64,000 bases of DNA from Podarcis filfolensis (GCA_964270895.1 OZ185440.1); one strand, 5' to 3'; shown: positions 49,522-63,326, numbered from the stretch's first letter. The notes: generated by a model not told the origin, from the letters alone. A program made the numbers and translations.

Positions 49522-49753
49522 TGATGAAGACAACAAGCCGCTGCAGGGCAGTCAGACCTCTTTAGATGGCACGATAAAGCAACAAGAAAGTGACGACAGC
49601 TTGGTGGACTATGGCGAAGGAGGCGAAGGGCAGTTCAATGAGGACGGCTCCTTTATTGGCCAGTACACAGTCAAGAAGGACAAAGAGGAGACAGAAGGCA
49701 ATGAGAGTTCAGAAGCCACATCACCAGTTAATGCTATCTATTCCTTGGCATAA
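49522..49753 (+). CDS. NFASC: NFASC terminal coding exon (ankyrin-binding FIGQY, C-terminal YSLA, stop TAA)
   Basis: Acceptor TTTTGATGCTAG. It reads (S)[81 protein letters not shown] is at 49652-49666. The C-terminus distinguishes NFASC from NRCAM, L1CAM and CHL1. Confidence 0.99.
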
Positions 49754-51657
49754 CGCAATACACTGAAGCAACAGCAGCAGCAGCAGCAAGAAGATATATA
49801 GCCCGTGTGGGTCGGCAAAGTCACCATCAACAGAAAGCAACTAGGGTAGGACCACAGAGAGCAAACAAAAACCCGACCAGGTGGTCACCAGGGCCATCAT
49901 CTCTTTCGCAAACAAAGCAAATGGCATAGATGCACCGGCTGCCGAAGCAATCTTACTGCAGCTGAAATCTGAGCTGACCCACAAGAGACCAGTAGAAGAG
50001 CAGGATGCACAGATTCTACACCCCAGGCTTCAGAACTCGAACTGAAATAAACACCCCTCTATACCCCCTATGTCTAATTTGTGAGATAATGCAACTCCTT
50101 TCATTAATAATGTACACAGCTGATTTTTATTTTATTTTTCTTTTAGTTGTTGTGTTTTTAAAAAGGCTTCAAAGTTATTCTCAGAAAAAGAAATGCCCAA
50201 ACATGGGGGAAATCTGGAGTGAGAGGGGTGGAGATGAGAGTATAATCCCCTGGTAAAAGCAGCATGAAACCACATTGCGGAATCGGCTACTGGTAAAAAC
50301 GAGGCTGTTTTATAAACAGGAACCTTGATGGCAATTTATTTCTGTCGGAGATCATTGCAGCCAGGCTCTGGCTTAATAATCCTCACCGAGCAAGGTGTAG
50401 GATATTCCTTCCTATAAGAAGAAACGGTACTATATTGGGCTTCAGTGTGGAAGCTATACGCATGGGGAGGGGGGGTACTTGTTGCATTGACCCAAACTGT
50501 CTGTGATCTCAGTTAATGCTATACAAGTATTGGTTCTGATGCAGGTACCGTCGAGGCAAGGTTTTCATCCCTCTGCCCATGCTATTTAGCATCTTTCTCC
50601 AAAGAGTTTAATGGAAACAGTTGCATCTTTCTTCTAATTCAGGGTAGGAAAACATAATTGGGTTATTGTTTTCCTGGATAAATTATTGGGGGTGGGGGTT
50701 GTTGTCCATTCTTGCTGAAAGTAGTCATTCCTCCCTATGCTCACACGTGGTGTTAATAGCCACTCCGTGAACCTGCATGTAGCAGGAAAGGGAGGAAGGG
50801 TGACCAGGGAAGAGCAACCAGTCTATGCTTTCCTACCGCTAACCAAAAAAGAATGGTACCTACTAAGAATAAACTAGCCTGGCATTAAACCCGCCAGCCT
50901 CTTCTGTGAAAAGTTCAGGGATTTCCATTCCCTATATGTTTGATGCAAAAGTACAAAGGCAGAATCCACCCTGATTCATCTTTCCATTGTTCCTATCATT
51001 TGCATATCAGTCAGGGTTACATATTTTTTTTGGCTTTCAAGGTAAAAGCCACTCTGACACATGCAGGGGCCTCAATTAGCCTAAAAGAGGCTTTTTCCAG
51101 TACTTAAATAAGCAGCAGCATGGAGCTCACCCTATCTTGTTAGTTACACATCAAAGGCACTCAAGCTAACTTGCTAACACGCAGCAAACCTGTTTTCCTC
51201 AGATACAGATTCTGTTGTGACACTGTTCTTCCATATATGCCTTAAACAGCTTCATGCTTTCCCTGAAGCTTAATAAACTATGAATATTTACCCGTAGATT
51301 AAGCCCCTGGTGTGATGGTCTGTAATCTGTCGATGCAGTACAAATAAGGAAGCTTCAGCTTGGTCAGTTGAGAAGGCATGGGTCATCGTAGAAGGTAGAG
51401 GTCCCCCCCCCCATAATATACAGTATTTATGGAATGCAGTATGTATTCTCTTCACTCCCTGCACTTTCAAAGTCAAAAGTATTTAAAGAGAGAGATCTGT
51501 CTCCGACAGTTTCGCAGCTGTAAAATAACATTTAGGGAAAACTTCAATAGATGTTTCAGCATCATTCAGCATCATCATGGAAATAGTTGTGACATGGCTG
51601 AACTTTCAAACTGGCTTGCCTGAAAGGTAGCTTTGCTAACAAGGGTGTTTCTAATGA

Positions 51658-51792
51658 ATGGGCATAGCTGCAGAGGGGCAGCTAGCTGCCCCCTCTCCAA
51701 AAAGTAAATAAATAAAAATACTTAACTGACCAATCGCGCCACAGATAGCTCAATTCTTCCCCCCACCAAACAAAAATCATGGCTACGCCCAT
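51658..51792. mobile_element. Possible PIF/Harbinger-type MITE remnant
   Basis: Inverted termini ATGGGCATAGC (51658-51668) and GCTACGCCCAT (51782-51792). Confidence 0.35.
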
Positions 51793-52124
51793 GGGCATAG
51801 AATGCAGAAATGGGGTTTAATGTATTCAGTAAAAGGCTGGGGGATGTCGAGACTTAAGAAGAAATCAGCTAAATGAAATCTCAAATGCAAGAAAACTGTC
51901 ACCAACCCAGGGAAGCTTGTGCTGTGAGTCAAGCCAGGCAACGAAAGGTTGTGGCTTGGGGTTACTGTTCCAAACCACTCCTTAAACAGGCTACAATCTG
52001 TTAGTGGTACAGTAAATGTATCTCCTGGCCCTATTGTTTTGCATGCTTAATTACTCCCCTGGCGGATTTGTCCATTTTTTTGACTTTGATTTGATCGAAT
52101 TAAAAGGATCCCCTAATTCCAACA

Positions 52125-52245
52125 TTGAGATAGAGAGCCTGTGGTCTCTAGATGTTGTTTGACTGCAACTCCTGTCACCCCTGACCATTGGCCATGCTAG
52201 CTGGAGTGGATGGGAGATGGCACCAAATGGATGGGTGACCACAGG
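52125..52245. mobile_element. Diverged hAT MITE in the probable 3' UTR
   Basis: GAGCCTGTGGTCTCTAGATGTTG...ACTGCAACTCCTGTCACCCCTGACCATTGGCCATGCTAGCTGGAGTGGATGGGAG. Confidence 0.55.
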
Positions 52246-53602
52246 TTCACCCTCTCTGGTGGTGGCAGGGACGCAACTTGGGACCTTTCGCAAGGAAACA
52301 TGCACTACCACTGAGAACACACTGCAACACAACTAAATGCACTTTGCATGCATTTGAACTGTTTGCACAGTGGCACCACTGAAAGTGGCACCTCCCAAAA
52401 TGCTACACATATGTTTTCCAATCCAGCCCACCAACTACAGATTTCTAGCATTATGTATACTGTCCCTAAACTTAAGGCAGCACTCCCACATAGATGGACC
52501 TGGCTAGCTTTGGCCTATCTACAAGTCACAAGATAAAATCAGGCATATGTAGCCAGCTTTATATGAGACCTTTTAAACACAACCACATTTAGTCTATCGT
52601 ACGTACCCAGCAGTGCCTGCAATCCTATTCTGTGCACATGTGTTTTTTCTTCCCAAGCCTCCCTCATACCATCTGTTTGAGAAATATTGTGGCTAAGCGG
52701 GTGGGCTAACTTTTAGTGGATGTAGAGATGCCTTGCAGGAGTTTGATGAAAGCTGGGGAAAGATTGAATTTTAACAAAAACATTAAATGGCTCTGTGTTC
52801 TTTTAGAAGGCAGTTCTGAAACCAGATCTGACAGGGTTCTGCATGCAATGTTCTTTGCAAAACCTGCTCCAGTACCAGGCCATTTGCTTTCCTTTAACTG
52901 CAGCAGGAAGAATAAGTCTAACTTACAGTTGACAAAATATTGTTAGTATTTGCCATTATAGTCAGTATACTTACCTCAGGAATGGATTTGTGCTTAAGAG
53001 ATGAGAGATGAGTTCGGAAGCTACATATCTTATTATTAAAGCCCTATATAAACGTAACAGAAATAAAAGCCAAGAACACTTGGTGAGATGTTTATTTATC
53101 AGGCATGAATTCTCTCATAAGGAATAAATCAACTAAATAGGTTCCTTCCCTGAAAAGTCATTGAACTGCCAGTAACTCATTCCTTGTTGTATTCTCTGTG
53201 GGCGCCCTTGTATAAATGTGGGTATGGTTTTCCCAGTAGAGAGCAAATTGCTCACCCCTGCCCTGGAGCCATTTAAGGATGTGTATTGAGATGGGTTTAG
53301 ACAAGCTAAGGAAGCCTTTCCGAATTATTAGAAGCCTGGACTTTTCCTGCAGCAAGGTACTCAACCTATCCCCAGTCCAGTATGAGTAGTACGCTACCCC
53401 ATCCTCTAGTAATGGATGGGGAAGGGGACCTCAGCTGCAAGGGAGAGTTACGTGTGTGCTCACTGCTTTTTCTTAACTTTGGAATCTATGGGCTCTAATG
53501 CAAGAGCACACTGCATTCAAAGAAGAAAACAGCACAAACTGCTGGGGCATTACTACAGAGGGGGACATCTGCTGCTGTATGCCCTTCTTTAAGGGGCTAC
53601 TG

Positions 53603-53741
53603 CAGATGTAGAGAACCTTGGGCCTGTCAGATGCTGCTGAACTACAACTCCCATAACCCCTGGCAATGAGCCATGCTTGTTAGGGTTGATGGGAGTTGTA
53701 GTTAGGCAGCATCTGGAGGCCCAAAGTTTCCCCACTCCTTG
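53603..53741. mobile_element. Palindromic hAT MITE in the probable 3' UTR
   Basis: Arms GCTGAACTACAACTCCCATAACCC / GGGTTGATGGGAGTTGTAGTTAGGC, and ends GAGAACCTTGGGCC / GGCCCAAAGTTTCCCC. Confidence 0.7.
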
Positions 53742-55058
53742 GACTATGGGGACATTCCTGTGCTTCCAAAGGACTCCCGAGCATTGGAAGAATGACATAA
53801 TTTGAAAATATCACAAATTGGCGAGCGTGAGGAGATGGCTGTCCCCACTTATGTCTCCCTCTACCCAGTAGATGCTTCCACTATCCACATAGGTGCCAAA
53901 CTCCCTGGGGTCCTGGGTGCTTGGACTCCCACAAAATTCCCCATGAAGGTACTGGACACCCACAAATTTGGGTGCCAGGGCCATGCACACTGCATGGCAC
54001 CCATGGTTCCAGGCTCCCATGGTTGTGGGGCCAAGCTGCCACTCCTGACTAGCCACATTCCACACAACACTAAGAATTACACATTGCATGCTACCCAGGA
54101 GAAAGATTGCATTTCCCAGTTTTAAAATACAGTTTTGAGTGCTGAGAATATGCAACATTCCTATACAGAGTTCTACCTTGAAAACAACAACATCTGGGAG
54201 TCTGAACAAATGAGCAGCAAATGCTTTTATGCAAAATGAAAAGAGATCAGCTGGAAAGGCTCTTACCGTTGCTGAGTATTGAGGGAAACCAAACAATGGA
54301 CAAAATGTGGCATGCATTGACGGCTTCTTTAACCACTGCTATAGAACAGACAGCCATAAGTAGACTTTATTGTATTTTATTGAAAAGGTTTATATCTCTG
54401 TCTCATGCACAGTATTTGAGGTCGCTTCCATCAACAGCAATGTGTTTACAATAAAATAACATCTAAGACTATTGTTAAATGCAACTATGAAACCAGGCAC
54501 AATGCATATTGTGTTGTAGATACTACTTTTAGTTAAGTTTTCAGAGGCATACTGCCATGCCACTGTGAACACACCTGATGCCATTTGATCTTGGAAGCTA
54601 ATGGGTGTTGAATCTACTAAAATATTTGAGAGGGATGTAGCAGGCTTTGTTAAGTTAGGGGCAAGACACAAGGTTTCAAATACCACAGGGTGCTCACTGA
54701 CTGGCCGGTTTGATAGTTGACTGCAGCAGAAGTCCTGATTGCATAGGCTAAAAAGAGAGTGAACTAAAGAGAGAGAGAGAGATCCATCTATCTAATTTGA
54801 ATTCTGCTCTTCCTCCTGTCTTACACCTGATAGCAGGTCCAATTCTGCAACATAATATTCATGATGCTAGGAGACAAGCATTTTCCTGTGGAATTGCCTT
54901 TAGCAGTCCCCTTAGTCCCATCCAAGAGACTAACAAATCTTCACTGACGTGTTCCACTTTAAGAATTGAGTGTGGTGCAAGCAACACAGTCAGAGAAGTA
55001 GGCAGCCATTGTTGAAACATCATCTATAGTCTTCTCAACTACAAAGGCTGCTGAGATA

Positions 55059-55192
55059 CAGGAATAGGGAACCTGTGGCCCTTCAGATAATGGACCGCAG
55101 CAACTTCCATCATCCCTGACCATTGGGCACACTGCTTGGGGCCGATGGGAGTTGGAGCCCAACATCTGGATGATCACAGATTCCCCATCCTT
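55059..55192. mobile_element. Palindromic hAT MITE in the probable 3' UTR
   Basis: CAGGAATAGGGAACCTGTGGCCC...CAACTTCCATCATCCCTGACCATTGG...GATGGGAGTTGG...CACAGATTCCCCATCCT. Confidence 0.65.
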
Positions 55193-58100
55193 ATTCTAAT
55201 CATAAGGACTAGTGAAAGAGCACACTGCCAACTTATCACAGCAGATATGGAACCTGTTCCCCTATGCTCATCCTACATACCAGCCAGATGTAGTAACATC
55301 TGACATTTTGAACAGTTTCCTGTTCCTGACTCCAGAGGTTATTGAGGTGTTGGCTCATGTAACCACATCAGCTATGCCGCTCAGTCACCCATTATACCAT
55401 TCATGGCTTGTGTTGAAAACTATAATAGGTTTATTTCCATTTTTAACTTTACAAATAAAGATCTGACCCATGTGTCTGTTATGCAGATCCTTCATGTTTT
55501 TGGGAAATTGCAGGTAGTTCCAGATGTTGTCGCCTGCCTTCACTGTTGCTAAGTTGAGCCAGCAAGTTCAAAGAGGAGGCAATCTCCATAGCTTATTTTG
55601 TGTGTGGCAGTTTGGCAGTTAAATGAACACCTTCTGTGGAACATTAGAGTAGGGGAGACACAGACTCTGCCTTATGTGCTGGTGATGCTACAGTTACAGC
55701 AAAGGAAACATGATCTTGGACAATCCTGACATTGTCTTTCCACTCAATTACCACCCTGTAGAAGTGACCCACAGGTCAACTAGCATAACAGAGTCCTGAC
55801 CCCTGCCATCGATCTGCCTATAATGACCTGGATTCATGTGTCTAAACAAGATACAACCCTGCTACCTGTCAGGAATATCCGAGGAGAGTGCCAGTCATTG
55901 ATTTCCATTAGGGCTCAGCTTCTTGTTTACGTGTTTCACCTGACTCATAATGACCTATTGCGGCCTTTCCCCTCATCCCAGCTATAGCAGCTGCAGGAAG
56001 GAAAACAAACCTTACTTTCACTTCCCGGAATGTAGAGAATGTGAAATGTGGAATATTGACTTTGACCTATAAAGGAAGCATGCCTTGCACCAGGCTTAAT
56101 TCTATGCTAGCGTCAAAAGTCTTCAGCTAAGCAATAATAATAATAATGATAGTAATAAAATGTGAAATCCATTTTCTTTTACGCATTGCAGCTCATCTTA
56201 AATAAGAAGAGCCAGCAAGACTTTTCTGATAGTAAGAAATCCAGAATGTCATGTGGCTCTCCATTTAACCCAGGAGTGCCTCTCTCTTGATCTGTCCCTT
56301 TCAAGCAAATTTCATGGTATGATCGTGATGTCAGAAGGCAGTCTTGGGCCCCCACCCCCTCGTGTTGAACCGATGAAAGCGGAGAGACCACCCTTTGCAC
56401 TATGGAGGTTTCAAACACCACCAACAAATTATTGTACTGCTTTCTGTTTGTTTTGTTTGTTTTTAATTTGTAAATATCCACACTCTCACACACACCCTGT
56501 TCCTTAAAGTCCTCCCCATTGCTCCAATACATTCTATGTAATTATTTGCCTTCTTTTTAAACAAATAAAAAAAGGACATTCTGTGTTAATCTGCTTTCCA
56601 ATAGATGAATGCATATCTGAGACTGTAAAGAATGACTTACAGTGAGTAGCTTTACAGACTACGGAGACATGTTTAATATATGGACTGCATGAGCGATTTG
56701 AAAAAGGCCAAAATATTCAGAAATGTTTTTGAATCACTGTAAAGAAAACTGATTTTCTTTTTGTATAGAGAACACTAAACATAATAAAAATATTGTTCAG
56801 AAGAGATGCCAAGTACGACATTCATTTGTCTCCCACGCAAGAGAGGAAGAACGGCCCCACAGCTAGGTTGGTAGCTGGAACCTGAAATGGTTAGATAGAT
56901 CAGTCCCTTGCTCATATCACTGAACACAGGGCTCTTGAGGATCAGGCTGTAGCTATCATTGCTGAAAATAGCCAAAGATGTTTCTTTTTGAAAAGGAGCA
57001 GCAAAGACTAAATAAATAGCTGGCAGAGATGGTTTCACGGGCAAATGCTTTCTTAGCAAATTTCACATGCAAAATGGCTGACTTTCACATGCAAAAAAAA
57101 GCAGTGCTGGCATAAATGTTGGTATGTTTTGCTCACTATTTTTTCTTCTGTTTTATGCAGTGCTCGAAGCCAAAAAGCTATTAAATCAAATGTGGGTGAT
57201 AAAACAGAACACTTTCAATATTAGCTTTCTTGTAACTATGTATGCATCTGCATCAAACAGTTCTGCCATATGTAGTGTTTTGTGGCTTCTAATGGAAATG
57301 CTCTGAAAAGTTATACGTCATTTATTTTTAGCATCTGGTTTACTAAGCCCAGTTGGCAAAATCAACACCAGGTTGGAAGAAATTAAAGTTAACTGGATAT
57401 TTGCTGTCAGTTGGCTAGTAATATTAATGGTGATGATATAAATACTTACGTAATTCCTGGAATGTTCAAGGTACTTCATCCCCATCATCTCAGAACATCC
57501 CTACAAAAACCCTGCAAGGTAGGTTGGCATATCACAAATTGCCCGATATTGTGCACGCTAAAATGTAAGGTCCATCACTTACAAACAAGCGATTATTTTG
57601 GGTGAATGCTAAAAGGAGGTCCTGATGGGCTACGGTTTCCCATGGCAAGTACACAAACCAGGAAACTCACATCATCTTTGGGTGGTATAGTGTGGCCACT
57701 TATGCAAAGGAAAATGAGAAAAAGAGGACATAGAGTTGCATAAAAATTGTATACGTTAATTTTTATGCTTAGGCACAAATTTAAAAAATGATAACTCTAA
57801 CTTAAATAGAAATGCAGTACGGCTCACCATTGTTGGGAAGGCTGTGCTCAGGTGATCTCTGTGCCTGCTCAGTTTGTTTTCCAGATGTTAAGTGTCAATG
57901 GGCAACTTCAAGGCTGCTTCTTATGCTTCTTTCACTTTAAACAGGACTTGGACTGGATAGTCCTTCAAATAGAGCACTGCCTTTAAATGCCTTGTAAAGT
58001 AGGACACTTGGCCACCCTGGGGTAGTATGGAGTGAAACCACCTTTTGGTACAAGGGAGATAAACAAAAAGTCAAAAGCTACCCTGATGCTTGAAAACATT

Positions 58101-58414
58101 GCAAGAGTGGTTTTCAAAGGCTGTCTTCCCGAGGTGCAGCTAACGATCTGTACTGCTTCGGTCATCTCTCTGCCCTTCTGCCATTTCGAAATGGCATATG
58201 CTACCTGACAAACGACTGCAAGGGGAAATCATATAGGTGATGCATAAGCAAGCGTCCATTTACGAAGGAGCAAAGCCAGCTGCCAATAAATGTACAGGAG
58301 CCGGAGAAGGTCTGAGTGAAATCTTGCCTTCTGGAAAATTATATTAACAGATGGAGCAGCCCAGAGATTGGAAGACCCTGGTGCTCTGTTAAATGGTTAT
58401 GGGTGTTTCTTCCT

Positions 58415-58442
58415 ACACACACACACACACACACAGAGAGAG

Positions 58443-58473
<31 letters not shown>

Positions 58474-58478
58474 CACAC
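58415..58478. repeat. Interrupted (CA)n microsatellite
   Basis: Seen directly. Confidence 0.95.
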
Positions 58479-59100
58479 GTGCTGCTCTCTGTTCAGCAGC
58501 TGCACAGCTTCCTTTTCATTTGAAGAACTGCTCAGTGATGTGAAAAAGATCGCTTGCAATGGATGATTAGAAGATGGGGAGAATGGAGGGCCTTTTCTGT
58601 CAAGAACTCAGAATGCAAAATGCTTTCAAAAAGGCAGGAGTTCTCATCTACACTCCGAAGGCGCAGTCTCCCTCCCCAGTCCCCATTCAATCCATGCTGA
58701 TGACAACCCACTCAAGGGGTGTCGCGTTACCATAATAGTTAAATATCATTTCACTCCCCAAGGCAATCCAGTTAGATCCCAGCTGCTCTCTATTTCAGGA
58801 ATAGCACAATCTAAGTAAAAGCCTACGAAATAGACCTTATATTGATTGCTCCTGTGAGCTTCTGCCTGCTCCTTGGTTTCTCATCCCATGGATCCACTTA
58901 GATAACAGCCCCATTGTACCTAAGAGCTGAGCTCTGCTTGGCAAATGAACACTGGGTCATGACTTCAGACAAAGAAGGACTTTGTCCATCCCAGAATTTT
59001 CATTCCAAAATATTACACTGCTCAGTGTCCATCACACCAAGGAATACAGATTCATTTTCTACTATTTTATATCTCTGACTATGAATATAGTGAGGGTCTA

Positions 59101-59185
59101 ACAAGAACATACAAAGATCCCCACTAAATTAAGCCAGTGGCCCATCTAGTCCAGAATCTTGTTCTAACTGACCAACTAGATACCC
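59101..59185 (-). mobile_element. CR1-like 3' end fragment (older copy)
   Basis: AAGAACATAC...GCCAGTGGCCCATCTAGTCCAGAATCTTGTTCTAACTGACCAACTAGAT, homologous to 13212-13292. Confidence 0.5.
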
Positions 59186-59572
59186 CTGGAGAGGTCTCAA
59201 ATTGATATGCTCCTGGATAATGGAGATTCCCAATGTGTGGGCAGAATTCAGCTAAGTAGTTGGCATTCATGGAATGAGGTCTGTTCATGCAACAGGACTT
59301 TTATCCCGTCTCCATTGCTCAAGCCCCCTAAATCTACTCTGGGGTGTTGGGGGAAACCCAGAACAGGTTTGGGGGAGGTCTGTGGGATGAAAGTCCTACT
59401 GCATTTCTCACACACATACCCCACTGAATTCCACCCTTAGTTTTCTCTGATGATTTGTGGGCGACTTATACTAATTGACTACCTGGGGCTCCCCACCTAT
59501 GTCCATTCCTAATTATATAGAAAAAATATTATTGATTTATATAAGCAAATGCTTATATAAGCAAATGCTTAT

Positions 59573-59780
59573 GAGAGCTGGTGTAGTGGCTAAGAGAATA
59601 AACAATGAATCTGGAGGTCCTTAGCTCAAATCTCACCTCTACTGTGAACTAACTGTATGGCCTTAAGAAAGCCGCCCCCGCTGCCCCTGCCCCTGCAAAA
59701 TGAAGCATAGGAAACCTGAATTACAAATAGATAATGCATCTGATGCACTTTGAAAACTTGAAAGCTCTATACAAGTACAA
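59573..59780 (+). mobile_element. Old MIR/Squam3-like SINE
   Basis: Head GCTGGTGTAGTGGCTAAGAG...TTAGCTCAAATCTCACCTCT and L2-like end GCACTTTGAAAACTTGAAAGCTCTATACAAGT. Confidence 0.45.
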
Positions 59781-61099
59781 TATAAAAATTGTAGGTGACC
59801 TTTTAAAAGAAGCATCTTGCCTTCCCTCACACATGTAGAATGATCTTCTAGAATGATTTTTGCTATGAAACTTTTGTGTCATATAAAAACAAAGAGCACA
59901 CTTCTTGCTTCAGAAATATTGTTTTTACTCCTATGCAAATGTGTGCAAATCTAAATCATTACATGGAAGAAGGAACTCTCAACTTGCATGATGAATCCTG
60001 AAGATGTATCTCTTTACTCTGCCCTTTGACACATCAGACAGACAGATAGATGGACCCATCCTATTCTTATGACTATGTTTGTTTTAAACTGTTTATAATA
60101 TTGTCCTTTTTCATTGCTTAAACTCTTCACTTTATGGCCTGCCACCACTGCCTCCCACCCTCTGTCCCCTGGGTTTGTTCCCTCATTTTTTACCTAAGGC
60201 TGGCCCCTGAAGGTCCCTCCATATACTATGAGTCTCTGAAAGCAAGGGAAATATGAAAGCATGTTAAATTGACGTCTCTTATAGCTCCTTTTCAACCCAG
60301 ATCTCCCTCCTCCATTTCAGGTCTGGCAAATGAGCTGTATGCAATGCCTCTTTTCCCCTTATCTTGGCCAGCACCATGCAGCTCTCCTCCTCCTCCTATT
60401 CTAGCCTTCCTCTGTGCAGCTCTTAACAGCAGGATCCCAAGGGCAAAGCCTTGAAGTGGTGAGGGTGGGAAACAGAAGAGCCTATTTAGCTAATGAAGTT
60501 GTAATTGCTTCAGATCTGACTAATCGGATGAAGATATCAGAGTCTCCCACACCCCATTCAGCTCCAGCGATGCCCAGGCAAAACAAGGCTCTGGGAAGGA
60601 ATTGGTTTCTTTTACAAATCCCAGCAGCCTAGGATTCTTTCAACAAGCTTGTCAGGTCTCAGGGCTTGATATGGAGTTTTAGCTGCCTTCTCAGGCTCTC
60701 CAGGGAGGAGTAAAATATCAGATTGAAGGGCTAGCATAAGCAGACAAGCTCCTTTCTACTTGGCTCAAAAGGTTCCACTGTTCACTCTATCTGCCCATCA
60801 AACTCGACCCTGAATCACCAAGCACATTCAGCATCCTCTAGTCTCCATCCTACTGGTCTTCCAGGCACCATCTCTTTACACCAAGATGCTGCCCTGGGGA
60901 AATGCACAGGTAGTGCCAGATAGCAGTTTGGCTATGGATTAGAATGGGATGGGATGGGAACCTGTGGTCCTCCACTGAATGCCACCCAAAGACCCATATG
61001 AAGGAAGAACAGGAGTCTTGATGTTGTCCATCAACTGCTAGAACCTGGACAGTAGACTGAGAAAATGCACTTGTCACCTGGTCACACAGTTTCCCCCAC

Positions 61100-61295
61100 N
61101 NNNNNNNNNNNNNNNNNNNNNNNNNNNNNNNNNNNNNNNNNNNNNNNNNNNNNNNNNNNNNNNNNNNNNNNNNNNNNNNNNNNNNNNNNNNNNNNNNNNN
61201 NNNNNNNNNNNNNNNNNNNNNNNNNNNNNNNNNNNNNNNNNNNNNNNNNNNNNNNNNNNNNNNNNNNNNNNNNNNNNNNNNNNNNNNNNNNNNNN
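61100..61295. other. Assembly gap (196 N)
   Basis: Run of N. Confidence 1.
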
Positions 61296-62960
61296 TGTCT
61301 CAAGATACACTGGAGTGCACCTCCAGGGGGGAAATCAAACCACTGGAGAATCACAGCACCTGCCATGGCTGCAGAGACCGGCAACTCATAACTGCTGCCT
61401 CCCACATTGTTTTCGCTATGTTAGCAGCACCGAAGTGACCTCTCCAGGGCACAAGCCTGGGCAGTGTGTATGGAGGTCCTCAGCTGCCCAGACAACAAGA
61501 CAATGGGCTTCGTTGTGGTCCAAAGGAAAGCAGAGCAATATGTTTGGCAGCAGCTTGGCTCCAGAAGTTGTCAGAAGGAAGTGTACAAGGCGCCATTCAA
61601 CCGTTTAAAGGCTCCACTCTGGATTTGTGAAGGGTTTACTCCTTAGACCTTTCTTCTCCCAAAGGCATTGGGGATGGATTTTTCCTCAGTGTTTACTCCT
61701 GAAGCCTTTTTGACAAATAACTTCAAGGCATCAGAGGTCTGGGATCAGAGTATTTCTTCTCTTCCATGGCTCCCTTCCCAGGTTGATGAGCCCCATCTGC
61801 CCCTCACTTCCCTCTACAACACATGCAGAAACCACCTTCTTGACCATTGGACCCACTATTGGCCTCATCTGCTCAATCTACCAGAGCCTGACTTCACAGG
61901 CAAGGGGAAGTCCTTAATGCACAGAGGGTTTGAGACACATCGACTACTCTCACCTGGTTTAGTCGACCAGTTAAAGCTGTTTCCCAGGGTGTGGCTATGG
62001 TCACATGCTGACAGCTTCTAGGAGCCGCAGGTGAGAGCTGAGTGCAGGGTGTGGACCAAAGGTGGACAGATAACCCCAGAAGAAGCATGGCAGGTACTAC
62101 CCCTCCCCTAACACCCCATACACATCAATATATGTACATCAGTCTATGCCAATCTGTCTCCTCTTTTGTCACCTTTCATCCTCTTTTTTGTGATGCATGG
62201 GAAGCCACCTTACTATAAACACAAATCAGCCAGACAGAAACATAAGGAGCTGCAATGAAGGGAATTAAAAGATACCAATAAAACAGACAAGGTTTTTCTT
62301 GTACACAGACAAGCCATTATGAGGGGGAGGGGGAAGGATGGAGTCTGTTCTGGTTCTAGAGAAATTACTTCTGGGCATTTGCTCTGCTGGGTCTCTAATC
62401 TTTCTCTCACACAAACACTGTGTGAAACTTTTATGGAGGAAGCAGAAGACATTTATTAGTAGAGGCAACTGAACAGGGAATGGAACTGGCCTCGTCTTCA
62501 TGATCGATGCCGGCAGAGATGTTCACGGGCATTAGCTTGAGCCACTCTTTAAGGCAAAATAACCTTCCACGTTCTCCTCTGACCTCAGCCTACTCCGGTG
62601 GGAGTATGGATTGATTCCAATTCTCCTTCAGATTGCTCTTTCTGGCACAAAAGAAGTAAGCAGGCAATTTACCACCGTCCTTCGTTCACCAGTCAGATTC
62701 TCAAGAGATATTCAGCTGAATGTCCATCCATCCCCTGCTTGCTCCCTTTGTGTCTCACACAATACACTAAAACGAAACCTGCAATTGTCTGCATGCTTAC
62801 TGGGGAACTCAGCAGGATTTGTTTCTGAGTAAACATGTATAAGATTGGGCTATATGTGTTGTTCTTAAATTTAAAGCAGCAGTATACTTTAGTCAGAACA
62901 CCTTTCATATTTGATGGGGGCATATCCAATTCTTGCACACAAGGAAGGGGGATGTTTTGC

Positions 62961-63326
62961 AGGTAAAGGACCCCTGGACGGTTAAGACCAGTCAAAGGTG
63001 ACTATGGGGTGTGGCGCTCATCTCGCTACAGGCTGAGGGAGCCGGCGTTTGTCCGCAGACAGCTTTCCGAGTCATGTGGCCAGAATGACTAAACCACTTC
63101 TGGCACAACGGGACACCGTGATGGAAACCAGAGTGCACAGAAACGCCATTTACCTTCCCACCACAGCAGTACCTATTTATCTACTTGCACTGGCATGCTT
63201 TCGAATTTCTAGGTTGGCAGAAGCTGGGACAGAGCAACAGGAGCTCACCACTGTTGCGCAGATTCGAACCATCAACCTTCTGATCAGCAAGCCCAAGAGG
63301 CTCAGCGGTTTAGACCACCCGCTTCC
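62961..63326 (-). mobile_element. Sauria SINE, different subfamily variant
   Basis: AGGTAAAGGACCCCTGGACGGTTAAG... It shares the GTACCTATTTATCTACTTGCACT core with the other copies but has a different tail-proximal segment and an internal insertion. Confidence 0.88.

Larger units (their letters stand above)
49754..57200 (+). other. NFASC: Probable long NFASC 3' UTR (end uncertain)
   Basis: It follows the stop codon. AATAAA occurs at 50046, 50868, 56154, 56564 and 56783, and ATTAAA at 57180. A U/A-rich block at about 56430-57330 has no repeats that I recognise. The true end needs RNA data. Confidence 0.5.

Noticed and set aside
1-49753. Assignment to NRCAM, L1CAM or CHL1
   Set aside because: KRSRGGKY, the PAT exon, the RGD-containing FNIII-3 and the C-terminal VNAIYSLA are neurofascin-specific.
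54561-54568. CACTGTGA, an 8-mer match to the miR-128 seed in the probable UTR
   Set aside because: It is a single 8-mer in about 7 kb, in a repeat-rich part of the UTR, and is expected by chance without conservation evidence.
61065-61405. ORFs spanning the N run
   Set aside because: They are artefacts of translating the assembly gap.
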